A stretch of 63,522 nt of DNA, the filler included, from Basidiobolus meristosporus CBS 931.73 (Eukaryota; Fungi; Basidiobolomycota): assembly GCA_002104905.1 (NCBI GenBank). It is 3 parts of 3 records of this genome, joined end to end, with 100 filler letters (N's around TTAATTAATTAA, not from the genome) between each part and the next. Parts side by side here need not be neighbours in the genome. Positions count along the whole stretch, not along the records: positions 35,851 to 63,522 come from MCFE01000899.1; 2 more parts are not named here. One strand, written 5' to 3'. The position numbers and the translations under genes are program-made. This document shows positions 61,459 to 63,522 of this stretch, piece by piece (positions within the stretch are counted from its first letter, which is position 1; the number at the start of each line of letters is the position of its first letter). The notes under the pieces were generated by a model that worked only from the letters and a program-made list of their open reading frames with translations, ran no database searches and was not told the origin of the DNA.

Positions 61459-63522
61459 AACCACATAATCTACTTGTTCTCCAAATCACTTCCAATATCT
61501 CCAAGACTCTTACAACAGGTTATGAGCCCCAAGCTGTCACCCTCTGCAATGTCTACTACTGCTATTACTGGAATTTTTCCCTCTGCTGAAAAGTTGGATG
61601 GATCTAACTACCAAGTGTGGAAGGTGAAGATGAAGATGAAGATGCTGCTACAAGAAAGAGGCCTTTGGGATATTGTCATGGGAGAAGAATGCCCTCCCAA
61701 AAGCAAGGGAGAGGAAGCCTTAAAGTACCAGAAGAAAGAACAAAGTGCCTTTAACTGCATTTGCCTTAATGTCAAGGACAAATTGATAATTCAATGCTCA
61801 AGAGCAAAAACGGCAAAGAATGCCTGGAAAGCATTAGAAGACATCTACCAGTCATGTTCAGCTGCCAAGAAAATGTATCTGAGACAAAAATTCTTTACTA
61901 CAAAGATGCTGCCAGGGGAAGAAATGAAAAATCTAATTAACAGAATTACCCTGCTGGTAGATGAGATGGAATCTGTGGGCGTACCAACTACTGATGAGGA
62001 TGTGATAGTTACCATCCTGAATAGCCTGACAGACAAGTTTCAGGGCCTTGTATCAGCCCTAGAGTCCAGAACTGAAGATTTGACCTTAAATTACGTATAT
62101 GGAAGGCTCCTGGATGAAGAATTATGAAAATCAAGCACCAATAAGAAGGGAGAAAAAAATGTTTTAATAAGCAATGATAACCAACAAAGGAGGTACCCAA
62201 GACCCTACAAAGCAACAGCAACCTGTTTTGTAACTACTGCAAAAGGCAAGGACACACATCAGACCGGTGTCTCAAAAGAAAGATAATCAGCAAAAGAAGC
62301 CTGAATATGGAAATGCTGCAACAACTGAAGATAGACTATTCATATCTGCACTAAATATGACCACAAGCAAGGATTCTCAGACGTGGTATACTGACTCTGG
62401 AGCATTTCAACACTTTACACACCAAAAAGAACTTTTTACCCAATAGACTTGTTCCATTGTGCCATTGATCATAGTGCCAGAGAGTGCTGTATATTTTGTT
62501 ATTAATTTGATATTTTAGGGTCATATGCATGTCAATTTTGATCCCAAATTGGCACTGTATGGCACCATCTGGCACTCTGAGGCATGATCAGGCACCATCT
62601 GGCATGCTATGGCACTATTGGGCACTATGATCAGCTGGAATGATGGAACAAGTCTAATATCAAGAAATTCCAATTATGAAGGTTTTCATGGGTGACAATA
62701 GAACACTTGATGCAGTGGGAGAAGGAACTATCCAAGTAAACCTTAGAAGCAGTGAAGGAAGCCATACACTGACCTTTAAAGAAGCACTCTATGTACCAGA
62801 AATAGCCAAGAACCTACTCTCTGTAAGCAAGGCCACAGCAGAAGGACTCAGTTTCAGTTTTGACAATTCTGGATGCAGGATCACTGATCAAAATGGTGCT
62901 CATATTGCTTTGGGGATCAGAGATCAGAATCTATACAAGTTGACTATTATTCCATCATATCTGGAAGCCAATATAAGTAACTTAAATGAAGAAACACCAA
63001 TGCTCTTGCACAGGAGATTTGGGCATATCAATTTTGATTATTTGCGCAAATTGATCAAAGATCAGCAAATTTCTGGAGTGAAAGTTGATCCTCCAGCTAA
63101 TTTGGAGCACTGTGACGCCTGCATATATGGGAAACAAGCCAGACAACCGTTCAAGAGCTCTGGGTTAATCAAAACTAAGAAAAAATTAGATCTCATACAC
63201 TCAGGTCTGTGTGGACCTATGCAAATTTTATCCTTTGCGGGATGAAGTATTCAATCACTTTTATTGATGATTATACAAGATACACATGGGTCTAATTCAT
63301 GGAGAGAAAGGAAGAAGCTCTGTCTAAGCTCAGGGAGTTTAAAGCCATGGTGGAGAGAGAAACTGGTGAAAAAATCAAGAAAATACGCTCTGACAATGGT
63401 GGAGAATATACCTCAAAACTCTTCATCCACTTCTGCAAAATTCATGGGATAAAGCAAGAGACTACTGTACCATATTCCCCACAGCAAAATGGAGTAGTAG
63501 AATGTGCTTACCAATCAATAAT
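61457..63522 (+). repeat. Near-identical direct duplication of 57588-59653 (offset 3869 bp)
   Basis: Shares the private GATGAA expansion, the TGA stop and the MITE; only 2 differences noticed. Confidence 0.93.
62445..62655. mobile_element. Second copy of the 211-bp MITE (part of the duplication)
   Basis: Same TIRs, TSD and position as 58576-58786. Confidence 0.9.

Noticed and set aside
3116-63522. RIP as the cause of transposon decay; CRISPR arrays; tRNA or rRNA genes
   Set aside because: Changes I could compare centre on CpG, not CpA>TpA; repeats are LTRs, not spacer arrays; the only tRNA-like match is the PBS, with no cloverleaf seen.

Overview
Eukaryotic (fungal) genomic DNA: short GT-AG introns and fungal-type housekeeping genes. 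An early-diverging lineage is my inference only. Two CpG-rich gene islands lie in CpG-depleted fields of nested transposons, with two 100-bp scaffold gaps. Island 1 (about 1-3.1 kb) has a 3-exon 6-phosphogluconate dehydrogenase and the start of a probable mitochondrial membrane protein. Island 2 (about 24.2-34.4 kb) has a Sat4/Hal4-like kinase, a tandem duplication of a [73-aa microprotein + SAM methyltransferase] unit with reciprocal inactivation, and a 3-exon bacterial-type HemN with a new N-terminal membrane anchor. The rest is dominated by one Ty1/Copia family (A; 349-bp LTR, half-tRNAiMet PBS, more than 20 LTR copies, self-nested). Also present are a full-length second Copia (B), Gypsy and other solo LTRs, CACTA relics, and a 211-bp MITE with a 3-bp TSD. 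Best leads: the intron-containing HemN (candidate bacterial transfer for oxygen-independent heme synthesis), CpG-deamination signatures that also hit the duplicated host gene pair, and a gag AUG that is the anticodon-pairing triplet of the primer-binding site.
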